DNA of 64,000 nucleotides from a virus (taxonomy: Duplodnaviria; Heunggongvirae; Uroviricota; Caudoviricetes), in IMG/VR virus record IMGVR_UViG_3300028797_000103, positions 87,685 to 151,684 of that record. One strand, given 5' to 3'. The notes below the pieces were generated by a model. That model was not told the DNA's origin and did not search any database. It saw only the letters and a program-made list of their open reading frames with translations. The position numbers and the translations under genes are program-made. Shown here piece after piece: positions 48,683 through 57,865 of the stretch (positions within the stretch are counted from its first letter, which is position 1; each line of letters opens with the position of its first letter).

Positions 48683-49224
48683 CAAATAAAATACAAATTT
48701 AATTTTCATGAAAACAAGAGAAATTGATGAATAATAATTTGGGGACGATATAGAATTTGACTCAAGTTGTCGAACATAATAAGCACGTCGTGCGCCGGTC
48801 ATTTAGCACGTTAATCTCGATGATCAAGAAATAGCTGACAACAGCAACTACAGACTCGCTGCTTAATCAACCGTGTTGGTTAACTTAATTCATCGGAGCC
48901 AAGGCAGCTTCGGAACGAGTGCTTCAGCAGAAGTTTTCTGTCTTCGGTATATTCTGCAACACGAAGCATCATCATTAACCGGAGAGCAGCATCGAAACCC
49001 TTCGTATCGATGTTCGCTAAATCGAAGGAAGGCTGTTCAGGTTTTGTTTCTCTTTTTCTGCCAGCAAATTATAAGAGAAAATAAACGTGTAGAAAGTTGT
49101 GTAAGAGATTTGAACACGGCGGGGCGGTTCCGCCCGTCTCCACAAATTTTGGTTCGTTTTGTCACTTTTGTTAAGTTTTTTGAAAATTTTTGCAAAAATA
49201 CTTTTTTATTTCAAATAAATACAG

Positions 49225-49237
49225 TACATTTGCAACA
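49225..49237 (+). promoter_or_regulatory. promoter box variant gTACATTTGcaac
   Basis: Followed by tcaaactgaaacgg, which also follows the box at 49338. Confidence 0.4.
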
Positions 49238-49337
49238 CCAAACTGAAACGGAAACGTTTCTTAGGTGACAAAGTTCATTGAAATGCAAAAATATTGAAAA
49301 TTTTTCGAAATTTATTTTGAAGTTTCAAAAATTATCC

Positions 49338-49350
49338 GTATATTTGCAAT
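49338..49350 (+). promoter_or_regulatory. conserved promoter box gTATATTTGcaat
   Basis: Located upstream of a ~0.9-kb non-coding stretch. Confidence 0.5.
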
Positions 49351-49354
49351 GTCA

Positions 49355-50220
49355 AACTGAAACGGTCACTCGTTGATGGTTGAAAAGTTCTTTGAAAATA
49401 AGAAATGGCGGGCTTCCCGTCAATAGGATAACTTGCGAATCCATAAGCAAGTAAAGTCGTCTCGGTGTTCACAAGATTACTGACTCGGCGGAGGAGAAAT
49501 CCTCTCCATGTGAAAGCCATTCCTCAAGCCTTTAGTGGTTTGTAAGTCCGGGCAGGGCTGATAGCTAAAGGTGCAGGCGTTGACCGCGTCTGCTTGGGAG
49601 GTAACTCCGACACAGTGGGAATGCACATGCTCAGAAAGATTGCCAATCTTACAGAGCATGTGAGGAATTTTCTAGTCCTATATGGTATGCCAATACCATG
49701 TATCAGGTGGCACTGGTATCAGAAATGGTAGGATTAACGTGAGAAGTACAGTGAGTAGTCTTGGCAGACAAAAGCAGAAAGGCGTACATACCTAATCCAG
49801 TCAAAAGCTGGTATGGTATTGGAGCACAGCCACGTCTTTCAAACGGTCAAATCTTGTGCGATGATATCTCTTATGGATGAGACAAAACATCTTAAAAGTA
49901 TTAAATCAATCAAGCAAAAGTGCTGTGCACGCTGTGTGACAATGCAGTTATCCACCTGTGATATGGTGGCTACCGAAAGTACCGCAAGGAAATCGTAGAA
50001 GCGAAAGAAGTATGCAACTAATAGGAGGGTCGCGCCTTCGAATCTCGCAAGGAGTTAGGGCAGAAACAAGTACCTTATATAACACAGTGTAGTGGTTGCG
50101 GAACCTAAATCCGTCTGCATCTTGCCTATCTCTAGAAGTAGGGATGTGTTCTAGGTCCGAAAAGGAACGAAAATGGCAAGCGATGTGGGTCACGACTCAG
50201 CCCAACTCATCAGAAAATTA
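49355..50220 (+). ncRNA. candidate structured non-coding RNA (promoter-to-terminator transcript; local resemblance to RNase P RNA conserved motifs)
   Basis: No ORF over 80 aa in any frame. The motifs GTAAGTCCGGGCAGGG, GGTAACTCC and ACAGTGGGAATG...CAGAAAGATTGCC resemble RNase P CR-I and the P8-P10 region. The transcript is bounded by a promoter box and a terminator. Confidence 0.3.
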
Positions 50221-50248
50221 AGACCGCTCAATCGAGCGGTCTTTTTTC
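50221..50248. terminator. rho-independent terminator (bidirectional)
   Basis: agaccgctc-aatc-gagcggtct followed by TTTTTT. Confidence 0.7.
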
Positions 50249-50273
50249 GTTTATATACGTTTGTAAAGTTTTA

Positions 50274-51362
50274 TTATCCGAGAGAGTCTTCTTTCATAAT
50301 CTTCATTATATATTCTTTGGACTTCTCGTCAGTGTCATAGCAAACTAATCCGGATGTTTCTCCGTGCATGTATTTGCTGTACCATACATAGAATGTGCAG
50401 GGCTTTCCTTTATATTCGCAGGAATATTTTCCCGGTTTAACAAACCCAGTTGTGTTGTATAGATTTTCTTCAAATCTCTTTTCTATTGAGAACACGTCGA
50501 AGTTCATATCCATTTCGAGTTCGCCATCTGCATAGCAGAACGCCGGTCTTACTGTAGGAACACCCTGAGTTTCATCGTAGTCTCCGAATATTACATACGC
50601 CTTTTGTTTCGGTTCCTGTTTTTCTGCTTCTATTCTTTCTGCTTGTTCGCGGCGACGCTTTGCTATTATGTTCATTGCAAATTTCTTCGCTGCTGCTGGA
50701 GAAAGATCCGGTCTTTTCTTACAAACCCAGTTGTATGTATCATAATAGTCGACGCCGAATTCTTCATTAAGATTTTCTTCTATTGATTCTCTCTTTGCTT
50801 TGTCTTTGCTCCACTTTGCGACTATCCTCTTTGCATACTGTATCTGTTCGCGCCTTGAAAGGTTACGTCTGTGTTTGGCTACCCAATCGATAGTATCGTT
50901 AAGATCATATCCGAACTTTTCGTTCATTGTTGATTCTGATTCTTGGAGCTGTTCATCGTAATCAAAGTCATCAACAATTTCTCCGGTTTCGTCGTAATAA
51001 TGATCAATCGTTGAATCATCATCAAGAAGTCTGATGAAAGGAATATCGGTGTGATTTATCTTTCCCTGTTTTCCGTCGCCCCTTCTTGCGTAACCTTCTT
51101 CTATCTCAAGTTTATGTATAAAGTTCCAGAAGTCATGACACTTATTTTCTATTGCACCGGAAAGTTCTTTTCCGCCACGTTCTCCATTGAATATGTCCAT
51201 AACAGAATCAATGGCTTTCTGTAGATTAAGTATTCTTGATTTTATTTCTTTTGGTTCGAGATACCAATCGTATTCACCGTCTGGAAGTTTTATTCCTCTT
51301 GTTTTTGAGAAATCGATATCTTCGTTCATCTGTTTTCCAGTTTTGTACAAAATAGTTTTCAT
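50274..51362 (-). CDS. hypothetical protein
   Basis: 362-aa ORF, the only minus-strand gene in the right half of the window. Confidence 0.45.
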   Translation of the reverse strand: MKTILYKTGKQMNEDIDFSKTRGIKLPDGEYDWYLEPKEIKSRILNLQKAIDSVMDIFNGERGGKELSGAIENKCHDFWNFIHKLEIEEGYARRGDGKQGKINHTDIPFIRLLDDDSTIDHYYDETGEIVDDFDYDEQLQESESTMNEKFGYDLNDTIDWVAKHRRNLSRREQIQYAKRIVAKWSKDKAKRESIEENLNEEFGVDYYDTYNWVCKKRPDLSPAAAKKFAMNIIAKRRREQAERIEAEKQEPKQKAYVIFGDYDETQGVPTVRPAFCYADGELEMDMNFDVFSIEKRFEENLYNTTGFVKPGKYSCEYKGKPCTFYVWYSKYMHGETSGLVCYDTDEKSKEYIMKIMKEDSLG

Positions 51363-51460
51363 ATACTAATTTAACATTTTTATATTTATTTGAAAAATAC
51401 CGGTCTAAAACAATTTTGCGTGTTACCGTCAGATATATTTTTTATTCTGAATAAAAAGTA

Positions 51461-51473
51461 GTATATTTGCAAA
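51461..51473 (+). promoter_or_regulatory. conserved promoter box gTATATTTGcaaa
   Basis: Located upstream of the tRNA at 51618. Confidence 0.5.
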
Positions 51474-51617
51474 GCGATAAATATAGTATATCTCCCAAAA
51501 GGATATTGCGAGAGAGTGGACAATTCCATCTGTATCCAATTAAATACAGGATAGTGAGTATGTAGCTACGAAACAAAATGAACCTCGCACTCGCGGAATA
51601 TTTGAGGGGGATGCTCC

Positions 51618-51702
51618 GTCGGGGTGGCCGAGTGGCTAGGCAACGGTCTGCAAAACCGTATGGGTGTAAAAGCCTACGCAGGTTCGAATCCTGTCCCCGA
51701 CT
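51618..51702 (+). tRNA. type-II (long variable arm, Ser-like body) tRNA with anticodon GCA (Cys codons), discriminator U73
   Basis: GTCGGGG TG GCC GAGTGGCTA GGC A ACGGT-CTGCAAA-ACCGT with a long variable arm, then GCAGG-TTCGAAT-CCTGT CCCCGAC T. The anticodon stem is identical to tRNA-Ser(GCT) at 57101. Confidence 0.55.
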
Positions 51703-51735
51703 CTAAGCAAACTAACAGTTTGCTTTTTTAGTGTT

Positions 51736-52890
51736 ATGATGAAACTACTTAAAGTTCTCATAGTTATAGCATTGATGCTGTTTGGACAAGTTGACGCTTA
51801 TTCACAAGACGGAAATGATATGTCGTTGACGGTTGAGTTCGTTATAAATTCTAGCGAGTTCGTGAAGAATAAAAACTATGACAAATTCATAGAAGAATTT
51901 GTTCCTTATATAAATTTACATGCGGACGAAATAGACAACATTCTTCTTGTTGGGTCTGCGTCTCCAGAAGGAAACAGAAATAATAATGTGCGTCTTGCAA
52001 ACTTAAGGGCTGAAAAAATATATTCCTACGTAAACGAATATATTCCTAAGAGAAAAATCATAGTTAACAACGACTATAATTTGTTTTTGGAGAAGACGGG
52101 GTTGGATGAGAGCGATTATAAAAAACTTAGGGCAACATATATTGAAGTTCATTTGAAATCGCAGAAGAAAGACGAACCAAAACTGGATACCGTATATATA
52201 GAAAAGATTGATACTGTATATAAGGAAAAAGAAACCATAAACAACTACTATAAAGAAACAGTTACAGGTTTACACAGTAAACCAATTATTTCAATTTATA
52301 ACAATCTTCTTGAGGATCTTTTAATAAGACCAAACATTGGAATAGAGGTTTACTTTCATAAGATGTCTTTCTTTGTTGAGGGGTCATTTTCTCATCGTGA
52401 ACTTTTTGGGAAGACATATAATATAGATTTGTGGAACACTGGATTTAGAAAATATTTCAACGATGACTATGATAAAGTGTTCGTGGAATTATATGGAAAT
52501 GCCGGATATTTTGATACAGATTTGTTTACAAAGATCGGAAAGATTGGCATAATATATGGCGGAGGACTTGGAGTTGGGTATGTGTTCAATCTTTGTCCGC
52601 ACTGGAAAATTTCTCCAGTTGTTAGAATTGGGTTGTTCGAAAGGATTTATTTTGCAGATTATTATCGCTCAGAACAGGGTTCAATAAATATATTTTTCGG
52701 AAATTATAGCAACGGGAACATAAATAATGAGATTGGCGATCAGTCTGGTGAAACAACAAGCAGAGTCGTCGAAACAGATAAAATAATAACTAAAGAATTT
52801 TTTGAAAACAGCAATAAAGCATTTTACATTGGTCCGACATATGTTGGAGTTGTATTGAAACGGGACTTTTGTATAGGCAAGAAAAAATAA
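51736..52890 (+). CDS. outer-membrane-type protein with OmpA-like motif
   Basis: Signal peptide MMKLLKVLIVIALMLFGQVDA. The motif GSASPEGNRNNNVRLANLRAEKI resembles the OmpA C-terminal domain signature. Confidence 0.4.
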   Translation: MMKLLKVLIVIALMLFGQVDAYSQDGNDMSLTVEFVINSSEFVKNKNYDKFIEEFVPYINLHADEIDNILLVGSASPEGNRNNNVRLANLRAEKIYSYVNEYIPKRKIIVNNDYNLFLEKTGLDESDYKKLRATYIEVHLKSQKKDEPKLDTVYIEKIDTVYKEKETINNYYKETVTGLHSKPIISIYNNLLEDLLIRPNIGIEVYFHKMSFFVEGSFSHRELFGKTYNIDLWNTGFRKYFNDDYDKVFVELYGNAGYFDTDLFTKIGKIGIIYGGGLGVGYVFNLCPHWKISPVVRIGLFERIYFADYYRSEQGSINIFFGNYSNGNINNEIGDQSGETTSRVVETDKIITKEFFENSNKAFYIGPTYVGVVLKRDFCIGKKK

Positions 52891-52901
52891 AGAACAAAAC
52901 T

Positions 52902-54614
52902 ATGAAGAAAAAATTTCTATGGGCAATCGCGTGTATACTAGCGTTGCTTGTTTCATGTGTTAAATTTGAGGACACATTTAACTACAAAACTCAAACAAAT
53001 TCGAATGGCGAATACGCTATAGTGTTTAGCAATCGCTCCAAAATGACAAAGGCATCGGTATCCAGCGTAGCTGGGACAGGATATGACACGTTCAGCTTAT
53101 TTGCTTGGAACTCTATCAACGACACAATTATGAAACCATATTCTGTCGTTGCTGACGGGTTGAATTCATATCAGTACGAGGATGTGACCGGACAGGAACT
53201 CAAATACTTTAAAAGAGTGGCAGATTGGTATGATTTCATTGGAATAATCCCAACCGATCATAACATGACACTCTCAAACGGTGAAGTTAAAGTCGAAGGA
53301 GTAAAATCTTTTGTTGTCGACGACAAGAGGGCTGAGAAGGCTGTTAATCTTACGGACACTCTTTATTGGAGCGCTGGTCTTTCTGCTGATTCTCCAGAAG
53401 AGTTTTTAACAGCTTATAAGAGAGTTGAAAAGGCTGACTATGGTAACGTTGTCAATCTTCCTTTCAACCATCAGAACGCTCTTATATTTTTAGGATTCAG
53501 CTCAGATAAGACTGACACAAGAATCATTGATTACGCTCCGGGCACGCCAGATGTTCCAGAGGTTCCTGCTGTAAATGACACTGTGGACACTTGGGTAAAC
53601 CTTAAGAGAAGCTATAGTGCTGTTGGTTCTTCAACGAAATTGAAAGGTCCGGGAGAAACTACATATACAAACGCAGCCGCACTTCCAGACAATCTCGTTG
53701 CAGAAATCAAGTCATATTATTCAATCAACGGCGGAACACCGGGAGATTATGACCTTCATCTTGGAAACACAGTATGGCCAAGTAGCGAAATCAAACAATT
53801 GAGAGTTGTTAAGGCTATTCCAGACGAGTACAAAATAACTTTCGAAATGTATAACTCTGGAGAAACTATGGATTTCTTCAACGGCTGGAAGTATCTTCAG
53901 GACAACGGTTATGATATTCAGCCGGGAACGACTGGTGGAAAGCCTGACGTTTGGAATTACGTTTTGATTGACGCGTTTGTAAACGGTTCGGCTTACACTG
54001 TTGTTGGACTCAACTGTGGAGACTTAAATGCAGTTCCTCAGTATACAATCAATGTAACTCCGGGAGCACCGGCAATTCCGGGAACACCAGGATTGGAAGG
54101 AGTCAGAGTTTTTAGCGCAGATTCTCTTGGTGTAAACAATGTTCCAACGGATACGCTATATTGTATACACGTTCCTCATACAGTAACGGCTGATGCAACG
54201 GTTAGCGCAAGCGGTACTGTTCTTTCAAACAGAGTTACAACTGATGACGTTATACAGTTCTCGCTTCCTTCAACAACAACCTTGAGCGAAACTCCAGTTT
54301 GGTCCTCAAGCACTTTCTATGCTCTTCCGGGTGATACAAATTTCAATTTCATAGTTGTGAAACTCTCGTATGTATATAATGGTGTAACCGCATACGATGT
54401 TAGAGTTCCTATCCATCTTCCAGACGGGGGTCTTCAGCCGGGCAAATATTACAAGTACGAGCTTTATATTACAAGTACGAGTAATGGAACAAATGATCCT
54501 GCTGAGGCAACTGATGAAAAGGACGAGATTATAATCGAAGACAATCCTGTAATTCAGGTAAGACTTGTAGAAAACGGTTATACTCAGGGCGACGAAAGAA
54601 GATTTACAATCTAA
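52902..54614 (+). CDS. lipoprotein (cell-surface, Bacteroides-like)
   Basis: MKKKFLWAIACILALLVSC is a lipoprotein signal. The start was trimmed from track ORF 52869. Confidence 0.45.
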   Translation: MKKKFLWAIACILALLVSCVKFEDTFNYKTQTNSNGEYAIVFSNRSKMTKASVSSVAGTGYDTFSLFAWNSINDTIMKPYSVVADGLNSYQYEDVTGQELKYFKRVADWYDFIGIIPTDHNMTLSNGEVKVEGVKSFVVDDKRAEKAVNLTDTLYWSAGLSADSPEEFLTAYKRVEKADYGNVVNLPFNHQNALIFLGFSSDKTDTRIIDYAPGTPDVPEVPAVNDTVDTWVNLKRSYSAVGSSTKLKGPGETTYTNAAALPDNLVAEIKSYYSINGGTPGDYDLHLGNTVWPSSEIKQLRVVKAIPDEYKITFEMYNSGETMDFFNGWKYLQDNGYDIQPGTTGGKPDVWNYVLIDAFVNGSAYTVVGLNCGDLNAVPQYTINVTPGAPAIPGTPGLEGVRVFSADSLGVNNVPTDTLYCIHVPHTVTADATVSASGTVLSNRVTTDDVIQFSLPSTTTLSETPVWSSSTFYALPGDTNFNFIVVKLSYVYNGVTAYDVRVPIHLPDGGLQPGKYYKYELYITSTSNGTNDPAEATDEKDEIIIEDNPVIQVRLVENGYTQGDERRFTI

Positions 54615-54636
54615 AAATCGTTGGTTCAATTGAAGA

Positions 54637-54676
54637 AAAGTTTCGGTGATGTAAAAATCATCGAAACTTTTTTGTT
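54637..54676 (+). terminator. rho-independent terminator
   Basis: aagtttcggtgat...atcatcgaaactt followed by TTTTT. Confidence 0.55.
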
Positions 54677-54704
54677 GAAATATTTGTTTTATCCAAAATT
54701 ATTC

Positions 54705-54717
54705 GTATATTTGCACC
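54705..54717 (+). promoter_or_regulatory. promoter box gTATATTTGcacc
   Basis: Located upstream of the 54755 ORF. Confidence 0.45.
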
Positions 54718-54754
54718 GTGAAACAAAAAGAACACATTATAAATTAACAAAAAT

Positions 54755-54976
54755 ATGATTTACAAAATTATTATTGGTCTATTAGTTCTGGCGGCAGCGC
54801 TTTACTACATTTTCTGTTTCCTTGAAATTTTCGATGTGATTAAGTTCACTTCAAAGGAAACTACAATTACTTTCCCTAAGGCGTTCATTCCTTTCTATTA
54901 TCTCATCCACGACGATAAAAAGAAGAAAGATGAGCCGAAGAAACGCGTCAAGCCAATCAAAACAAGTGCGGAATAA
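54755..54976 (+). CDS. small membrane protein
   Basis: MIYKIIIGLLVLAAALYYIFCFLEIF. Confidence 0.35.
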   Translation: MIYKIIIGLLVLAAALYYIFCFLEIFDVIKFTSKETTITFPKAFIPFYYLIHDDKKKKDEPKKRVKPIKTSAE

Positions 54977-55008
54977 CATTCATTAACCATTTATAAACAA
55001 ACAACAAA

Positions 55009-56196
55009 ATGATTCAATTAACAAAAAAGAAGGTCACCGCTATCATTCTCGGTGTGTTTACCATTGTCGTGCTCTGCCTCCTCGGTAGCGTAGCAGAAGA
55101 CGTTAAGAATGAGCAGATTGTCGTCAACCAGTATCCGATTTCCGGTAAGCTCGTCTACTGGACAGATTCCGGACTCAAGTGGCAGTGGTTCGGTCGCACA
55201 ACCAAATACTACAAGACCCAGCAGTTCTGGTTCGGCGGTAAGGATGTCGACGGAAACTCTCACGGTTCTCCAATCAAGGTTGTGTTCAACGACGCCTCCG
55301 TCGGTTACATTTATGGTTCACTAAGGGTCGTGCTTCCGACAGACGTAGAACACCTAAAACTCATTCAGACCGCATACGCAGGAATGGATCGTCTTATGAA
55401 CGACTTGGTTGCCCAGAACGTCGTCAAGGTAATCTATGCATCTGGTCCTCTGATGTCCGCGTTCGAGTCATACGCTGAGAAGAAAAACGATATGGTATTT
55501 TATATTACAGACCAGCTTACGAACGGCGTATACAAGACAACTACACGCGAGGAAGATGTCGTTGATTCGTTTACAGGAGAAACAAAGAAGGTCAAGGTCG
55601 CGTCCCTCATTGCAGACGAGAATGCGCCTAACGGATACATTCGTTCAGAGAAATCTCCATTCACTTCATACGGTGTGATTATCGATCAGGTGTCCATCAC
55701 TGAAATTACATATGACGATAAGGTAAACCAGCAGATTCAGACCCAGCAGCAGGCTAACATGTCTATCCAGACAAAGAAGGCTGAGGCACTTGCCGCACAG
55801 CAGGATGCTATTAAGGCTGAAGCGGAAGGTAAGGCAGCTGCTGCAAAGGCTAAGTGGGAGCAGGAGCGAATCAAGGCTACTGAGGTTACCAAAGCCGAAC
55901 AGGAGCGCGAAGTTGCTCGCCTTGCCGCAGAAAAGGCTGAATTCGACAAGAAGCGCATCATCGCTGAAGGTGAAGCAGAAGCAGCAGCTAATAGGGCTAA
56001 GGTCGCAGCAGGTCTGACTCCTCAGGAACGTGCAGAGTGGGAATATAAGACTAAGGTTGGTGTTGCCGAAGCATTCTCCAAGATTGAGCTTCCGAGGGTC
56101 ATTATGGGAGGAGCTTCCGGAAGTTCCGGCTCAACAGCTATGGACGCGATGGGTCTAAAGTTCCTTCTCGATTTATCTGAGAAATATTCCAAGTAA
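55009..56196 (+). CDS. SPFH/band-7 (prohibitin/HflK-like) membrane protein
   Basis: An N-terminal TM helix, then a band-7-like core, then a long Ala/Glu/Lys/Gln-rich coiled coil. Confidence 0.55.
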   Translation: MIQLTKKKVTAIILGVFTIVVLCLLGSVAEDVKNEQIVVNQYPISGKLVYWTDSGLKWQWFGRTTKYYKTQQFWFGGKDVDGNSHGSPIKVVFNDASVGYIYGSLRVVLPTDVEHLKLIQTAYAGMDRLMNDLVAQNVVKVIYASGPLMSAFESYAEKKNDMVFYITDQLTNGVYKTTTREEDVVDSFTGETKKVKVASLIADENAPNGYIRSEKSPFTSYGVIIDQVSITEITYDDKVNQQIQTQQQANMSIQTKKAEALAAQQDAIKAEAEGKAAAAKAKWEQERIKATEVTKAEQEREVARLAAEKAEFDKKRIIAEGEAEAAANRAKVAAGLTPQERAEWEYKTKVGVAEAFSKIELPRVIMGGASGSSGSTAMDAMGLKFLLDLSEKYSK

Positions 56197-56220
56197 GGAT
56201 ATAAGCAGATAAAAATTAAA

Positions 56221-56253
56221 GCACGCTGAAATAACAACAGCGTGCTTTTTTAA
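56221..56253 (+). terminator. rho-independent terminator
   Basis: agcacgctg-aaataacaa-cagcgtgct followed by TTTTTT. Confidence 0.65.
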
Positions 56254-56263
56254 TAAATACTAT

Positions 56264-56614
56264 ATGACAACAAAGGAAGAAATAACAGATTTTGGAAAAC
56301 GTTGGTATATAGAAGACGATGATAAAACGTTTCATTTTGCTCTATATATCTATGACGATGATCCAGATGCGCTTTATCTTTCTAATGTTTATGTAAGTGA
56401 AGAGAACAGAAGAAAGGGGTTTGGAAATCTGATTCTTAAAATTGCAGACGACATAGCGAAGAATATGAACGTTTCCGTTATTATGCTTAAAGCGAGACGA
56501 AACAGTTTTATTCACGATTGGTACGAAAGAAACGGCTTTGTTGATTTTCAGATCGATTCCGAGGACGATGGGTTCATATGGATGAAAAAATCGTTGCAAC
56601 AATCAATTAAATAA
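56264..56614 (+). CDS. GNAT family N-acetyltransferase
   Basis: RRKGFGNLILKIADDIAKNMNVSVIMLKARRNSFIHDWYERNGF. Confidence 0.55.
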   Translation: MTTKEEITDFGKRWYIEDDDKTFHFALYIYDDDPDALYLSNVYVSEENRRKGFGNLILKIADDIAKNMNVSVIMLKARRNSFIHDWYERNGFVDFQIDSEDDGFIWMKKSLQQSIK

Positions 56615-56648
56615 ATAGATTAAATATTTGGAATTTGAAATAAATTCC

Positions 56649-56661
56649 GTATATTTGCAAA
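56649..56661 (+). promoter_or_regulatory. conserved promoter box gTATATTTGcaaa
   Basis: Located 10 nt upstream of tRNA-Ile. Confidence 0.55.
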
Positions 56662-56670
56662 AGGATTTAT

Positions 56671-56744
56671 AGGCGATTAGCTCAGTTGGTCAGAGCACCG
56701 CCCTGATAAGGCGGGGGTCCGCAGTTCAAATCTGCGATCGCCTA
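56671..56744 (+). tRNA. tRNA-Ile(GAT)
   Basis: AGGCGAT TA GCTC...CCGCC-CTGATAA-GGCGG...CGCAG-TTCAAAT-CTGCG ATCGCCT A. Confidence 0.8.
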
Positions 56745-57100
56745 CGAGATTACTCGAAGAGCAATTCTCTTGGACCGATTGAGTCGCGGTATCCGAAGAA
56801 GTACGATTCAGTTCTTTGAAATATAATAGGAAGTTCCAGCATGAAAAGGCTTCCGACGTATGGGCGGAGCATACCTAGTGAGCGAAGCGGTTATAGTACC
56901 GGCCGGTGCGCTGCAAGCAAGAGTCTAAGTTGGCGGGAATATATTGAATACCGCACGGACGCAGTATTACGAGGTCGAGCTGATGTGAAAACCATAGGAG
57001 TGATGTGAAATTCATCGTAGCGGAAAAGGTGGGATAACCCTGACGTGGTACCCTGCTGCGGGGGTGGAAAATAATGTTGGATTACACTTCCTATTTTTTC

Positions 57101-57189
57101 GGAGGCTTACCCAAGTGGCTGAAGGGGACGGTTTGCTAAACCGTTAGTGCGTTAATAGCGCAGCGGGCGTTCGAATCGCCCAGCCTCCG
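57101..57189 (+). tRNA. tRNA-Ser(GCT)
   Basis: GGAGGCT TA CCC AAGTGGCTGAAGGGG A CGGTT-TGCTAAA-ACCGT with a long variable arm, then GGGCG-TTCGAAT-CGCCC AGCCTCC G. Confidence 0.75.
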
Positions 57190-57213
57190 CAAAGGAAAAA
57201 CAAATAAAATTAA

Positions 57214-57585
57214 ATGAGTAAAGAAAGATATAGACGCGGACAATTCATCAATGCGATTATTAAAGAAACCGGAAATGAAGTCGTGTTGAGGAAAGAGCCG
57301 GACGGAACAATATTTCAGGATATGTATTCCGATTATGACGGTAGTCACTACTATTCAGAAGATGAAATAAAAAAGATAGAAAAGGTTGATCCTATAAAAA
57401 TCGAATTAACAGAAAAGCAAACGATTGAATATAATAATTTTTGCAGAGAGCATGCGCATCCGGATTTTAAGGCAGGTGGAGTGCATTCACTTATCATAAC
57501 GTATCATGGAATAGGTATGGGGGTTACTGCGAAGTGTGAGTTTTGTAAGCAAACAAAAGATATAACTGATTACGACACTTGGTGA
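57214..57585 (+). CDS. hypothetical protein with C-terminal Cys/His cluster
   Basis: 123 aa with CREHAHPDF...CEFCKQ. Confidence 0.4.
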   Translation: MSKERYRRGQFINAIIKETGNEVVLRKEPDGTIFQDMYSDYDGSHYYSEDEIKKIEKVDPIKIELTEKQTIEYNNFCREHAHPDFKAGGVHSLIITYHGIGMGVTAKCEFCKQTKDITDYDTW

Positions 57586-57586
57586 A

Positions 57587-57612
57587 ATCGGAACGATGTT
57601 CCGATTTTTTTG
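57587..57612 (+). terminator. rho-independent terminator
   Basis: atcggaac-gat-gttccgat followed by TTTTTTT. Confidence 0.65.
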
Positions 57613-57633
57613 TTTTTATTGAAAAATAATCAG

Positions 57634-57646
57634 TATATTTGCAAAG
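57634..57646 (+). promoter_or_regulatory. conserved promoter box gTATATTTGcaaa
   Basis: Located upstream of the 57639 and 57866 genes. Confidence 0.5.
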
Positions 57647-57863
57647 TAAAACTTTATTAGAACAAATGATTGATATTTTTTCAGGATGCCTTTTAGCTAT
57701 TAGTGTTTTCTTCATAATGCTCATAGCATTATTAAAACGTCTAATGAATAAAGCGGTTGAAGATTTTTATAATGAATATGGGAGATATCCAACACCTGAA
57801 GAGAACAATGCGATTTTTCAAATGTTGATATCGAATATATTTTCAAAGAACAAAAACGAATAA
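57639..57863 (+). CDS. small membrane protein
   Basis: 74 aa with a central hydrophobic helix. The start overlaps the promoter box, so it is uncertain. Confidence 0.3.
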   Translation: MQSKTLLEQMIDIFSGCLLAISVFFIMLIALLKRLMNKAVEDFYNEYGRYPTPEENNAIFQMLISNIFSKNKNE

Positions 57864-57865
57864 TT

